From Alphaproteobacteria bacterium (GTDB lineage: Bacteria; Pseudomonadota; Alphaproteobacteria; Bin95), in the NCBI GenBank assembly GCA_964291285.2, contig OZ219789.1:256001-320000 (forward strand): a DNA stretch of 64,000 bases, written 5' to 3'. The notes below the pieces were generated by a model. That model did not search any database, was not told the origin of the DNA, and saw nothing but the letters and a program-made list of their open reading frames with translations. The position numbers and the translations under genes were made by a program. Numbering within the stretch: position 1 is the first letter of the stretch; each line of letters opens with the position of its first letter. Positions 61,234 through 64,000 of the stretch are shown here, in pieces.

Positions 61234-62415
61234 ATGACGACAAGACATGGCCCGGCATGGCCGGGGGACGGCAGGCTGCATGGCGGATGCCGAGCGCGGG
61301 GTTTCACGGGCAAGGTTCTTCTTGCGGCCTCGGGTCTTGCGCTTGCGGCGGGTCCTGCGTCTGCGGCGGAGATGCTGAGCGTGGGCGTCGGCGGCTACAT
61401 GCAGCAGTGGTTCGGGATGGTCGATGTGGACGACGAGGCGGACGCGATGAAAGAGGGCGGCGTTGCCCAGCAGTCGGACAGCGAGATCTTCTTCAAGGGC
61501 AAGCTGGACGCCGACAACGGCATGACCTTCTCGGTGAAGGTGGAGCTCGAGGGCAACAGTCAGTCGGGTTCGATGATCGACGAGTCGCAGGTGACGGTTG
61601 GCGGCGAGTTCGGTCAGATCACGCTGGGAGCCGAGGACAGCGCGGTGGTTCTCACCCACATGGGCGTGCGGGATGCCGGTTTCGGCATGCTCTGCGGCGA
61701 CATGGGCAGATGGATCAACGGCATCAACGAGTGCGGGCCCTCCGGCCTGGGGACCGCGGGCCACGGCCTCGGCGACAGGAACCTGGTGAGCTACTTCACG
61801 CCGCGGGTGAACGGCGCGCAGATGGCCGTGAGCTACATCCCGAACACCGGGCAGGAAGGCCGTGGCGGCAATGTGAAGAACAACGACATGGACGCCTGGT
61901 CGGTCGCCGGCAACTACAAGGGCGATTTCGGCAACATGAACCTGGCGTTCTCTGCGGGCCACTACCAGAAGAGCCAGATGGACGACGACGACTACACCTT
62001 CACGAATGCCGGCCTGCGGGTGGGCATGGGGGCGTTCAGCTTCGATGTCGCCTATGCCACGGCGGACGACGGGATGAAGACGGACTCCTCGGATGATGTC
62101 GAGGTCGTGGCCGCCGGTGTGATGTATTCGGAAGGCGCGCTGGCGGTGAGCCTGAGCGGCACGATGACCGAGGCCGACGACGGCACGGAGCAGTCGGGCG
62201 GCCTGTTTTCGGCGAGCTACATGCTGGCGCCGGGCATTGCCTGGAGAAGCTCGCTGTTCATGGCCGAGAGGGACCGTGGCACGATGCCCGGCAAGCACGA
62301 TTTCGGCGTGCCGTCGGCGGAAAGAGGCAAGCCTGCGCCCAGCACCGGCAGCAATGCCGCCGGCAGCAATGTCGAGGGCGCCGGTTTCGTGACCGGCATC
62401 ACGCTGAGCTTCTGA
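61234..62415 (+). CDS. Alphaproteobacterial-type porin (copy 2)
   Basis: Nearly identical to 53298-54482; RBS AAGGAG. Confidence 0.87.
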   Translation: MTTRHGPAWPGDGRLHGGCRARGFTGKVLLAASGLALAAGPASAAEMLSVGVGGYMQQWFGMVDVDDEADAMKEGGVAQQSDSEIFFKGKLDADNGMTFSVKVELEGNSQSGSMIDESQVTVGGEFGQITLGAEDSAVVLTHMGVRDAGFGMLCGDMGRWINGINECGPSGLGTAGHGLGDRNLVSYFTPRVNGAQMAVSYIPNTGQEGRGGNVKNNDMDAWSVAGNYKGDFGNMNLAFSAGHYQKSQMDDDDYTFTNAGLRVGMGAFSFDVAYATADDGMKTDSSDDVEVVAAGVMYSEGALAVSLSGTMTEADDGTEQSGGLFSASYMLAPGIAWRSSLFMAERDRGTMPGKHDFGVPSAERGKPAPSTGSNAAGSNVEGAGFVTGITLSF

Positions 62416-62497
62416 CCTGCGGTTCGCGCGACGAAGGAACGGTTCAAACGGTTTGCCCGGTCTGTCCGGGCTTGAAAGAAAAAAGGAGAAGGGTTCG

Positions 62498-64000
62498 ATG
62501 AGAACCATGAAACATGTGGCTCTGGCGGCGATGGCCGCTGCGGGCCTGGCGCTCGCAGCCTGCGGAGGCGGCGGGTCCAAAAAGCCGGCTGTGATGGGCG
62601 ACCAGCAAATGGAGATGACGCCGGTCGAAAAGGCGCAGTCTTACGTCGCCGCCGCCACGGCGGCCAAGAAGGCGGCGGAGGATGCCGTGAAAACGGCCAA
62701 GATGCAGCTTGACGCGGCCAAGTTGGCGAACGCATATGACATCTACACCACCGGAGGCGAAAGCTCGGTGGTCCGGACCAACGCCGCGGCCGTGATGGCC
62801 GCGAAGGCGGCGGCCGACAAGGCGCTGGCGGACGCCAAGGCGGCGCTGACGGCGGCCAGGAAGGCGCAGACGGACCTGAACGCCGTGCCGGCCGGCACGC
62901 CCGGCCTCGCGTCGCAGAAGGAGGTGGTCGGTCAGCGGATCAAGGACGTGGAAGCGCAGATCAAGCTCATCGAGGGGTACCAGACAACGGTCAACGGCTA
63001 TGCCGCGAAGGTCGATACCGAGGCGAAGATCAAGGGCCTCGCCGGCGAAACCCCCGCTAGTGCCGCCATGAGCGGCAACAACGCGCGGCGGGTTCTCTAC
63101 ATGCTGCAGCCCTATGGAGGAGATGGCGGCAACGAAGGCCATGCCAAGGTCGAGACTCGGCTCCTGCGGAGGCCGCTCCTGGATGCGATACTACTGACGG
63201 AGCCCGTCGCCCCTGACCCATCGGACGACACCACCGCCACCGATACCGGCCGCTCCAAGGCCTACGTCGAGTATGACCTGCGCGGACTCCCGGGAGACGC
63301 CATGACCTGGGAGCAGATCGCCGGAGCGGGGAACCTGGTCAAGAAGGCCTTCGGCAACAACATCATGGATGTCGATGTCCTGCCCCTTGCCGGGATGCCC
63401 CTTTCCGTACTCACCGGCTCGGATGGAACGGCCCTGACGACGTTTCCTCCAATCCCCGCCACCGGCATACTCGCCGACCAGTATTACAAGGGGATCAAGG
63501 GGACGTTGTATTGCCAGGGCAGCTGTAAGGTTGACGGCGGCAATCTGATGGGTTCGCTGTATTTCCAGAAGGCCGGGGAAAATATCGCCGGCAGCACGCG
63601 CTACTACCAGATGAAGGCGGGCAACACCTACTACACGCCGTATGGCGTCTATGCCCGCTACGGGTACGGGCTGTATGAGACCGGCAGCACCACCGGGATC
63701 ACTCTCTTCGCCCACAGCCCCGCCGGCTCTGACGGGGATGTCAGCGAGACCGCCGGGCTTGCCAAGACCGCCACCTACGAGGGCAAGGCTCTGGGCCTGT
63801 CGGTGCTGAAGACCTACACCGGTCCCACTGTCACGGGGCTAAAGTCGGGACAGTTCACGGCGGATGTGACGCTCAACGCCAAGTTCGGGGCGGCGGGAAC
63901 ACCAGCACTGGGAGGAAAGATCGACAACTTCATGGGGAATGCCGTCGACGAGGACTGGAGCGTTACGCTCACGGAGAAGAAGAATGACAACCTCGAGATT
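62498..64000 (+). CDS. Surface lipoprotein, variant 2 (runs off the window; absent from the ORF track)
   Basis: Hand translation MRTMKHVALAAMAAAGLALAACGGGGSKK...MTWEQIA...YYKGIKGTLYCQGSC...TATYEGKALG...FTADVTLNAKFG...GGKIDNF, open to the window end. Confidence 0.85.
   Translation, partial: MRTMKHVALAAMAAAGLALAACGGGGSKKPAVMGDQQMEMTPVEKAQSYVAAATAAKKAAEDAVKTAKMQLDAAKLANAYDIYTTGGESSVVRTNAAAVMAAKAAADKALADAKAALTAARKAQTDLNAVPAGTPGLASQKEVVGQRIKDVEAQIKLIEGYQTTVNGYAAKVDTEAKIKGLAGETPASAAMSGNNARRVLYMLQPYGGDGGNEGHAKVETRLLRRPLLDAILLTEPVAPDPSDDTTATDTGRSKAYVEYDLRGLPGDAMTWEQIAGAGNLVKKAFGNNIMDVDVLPLAGMPLSVLTGSDGTALTTFPPIPATGILADQYYKGIKGTLYCQGSCKVDGGNLMGSLYFQKAGENIAGSTRYYQMKAGNTYYTPYGVYARYGYGLYETGSTTGITLFAHSPAGSDGDVSETAGLAKTATYEGKALGLSVLKTYTGPTVTGLKSGQFTADVTLNAKFGAAGTPALGGKIDNFMGNAVDEDWSVTLTEKKNDNLEI

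Larger units (their letters stand above)
60425..62575 (+). repeat. Inverted duplicate of the porin operon 5' region (partner ~53145-54928 plus 57570-57949)
   Basis: Upstream DNA, porin and lipoprotein signal peptide are near-identical in reverse complement. Confidence 0.92.

Noticed and set aside
1-64000. tRNA integration site, rRNA, reverse transcriptase, relaxase or phage structural genes
   Set aside because: None recognised by eye on either strand; tRNAscan and HMM searches would be needed to exclude them formally.

Overview
High-GC, probably alphaproteobacterial, mobile and accessory region with no housekeeping genes. (1) Two inverted copies of one module, toprim primase - DUF4326 - DUF2493/SLOG - structured non-coding DNA - two tandem tyrosine recombinases, lie at ~1.1-7.2 kb (-) and ~41-47.4 kb (+). 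The right copy is followed by a broken third recombinase. (2) An AT-richer defence-like island at ~9.5-19.5 kb holds a fused type IIG-like restriction-modification gene, an orphan Cys-rich gene, and a tightly coupled metallophosphoesterase + HSP90-like ATPase pair whose stop codons were each hit by an IS5 copy. (3) An ICE/plasmid leading-region-like backbone at ~21-41 kb holds ParB, a GHKL ATPase, DUF2958, RadC, a strawberry-notch methylase/helicase, two TA loci (one a HicA-HicB read-through fusion), a DprA-like SLOG and SSB; no relaxase or T4SS is visible. (4) A porin - surface lipoprotein - Slam/DUF560 (type XI secretion) operon is present as two divergent inverted copies with near-identical porins but mosaic lipoproteins. 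IS elements include IS256, IS1634, 2x IS5, 2x IS1380, an ISNCY-like element and an IS1595 remnant, plus a 132-bp MITE found twice inside other IS elements. No rRNA, tRNA or CRISPR array was seen. Family assignments are from motif recognition only; no database search was run.
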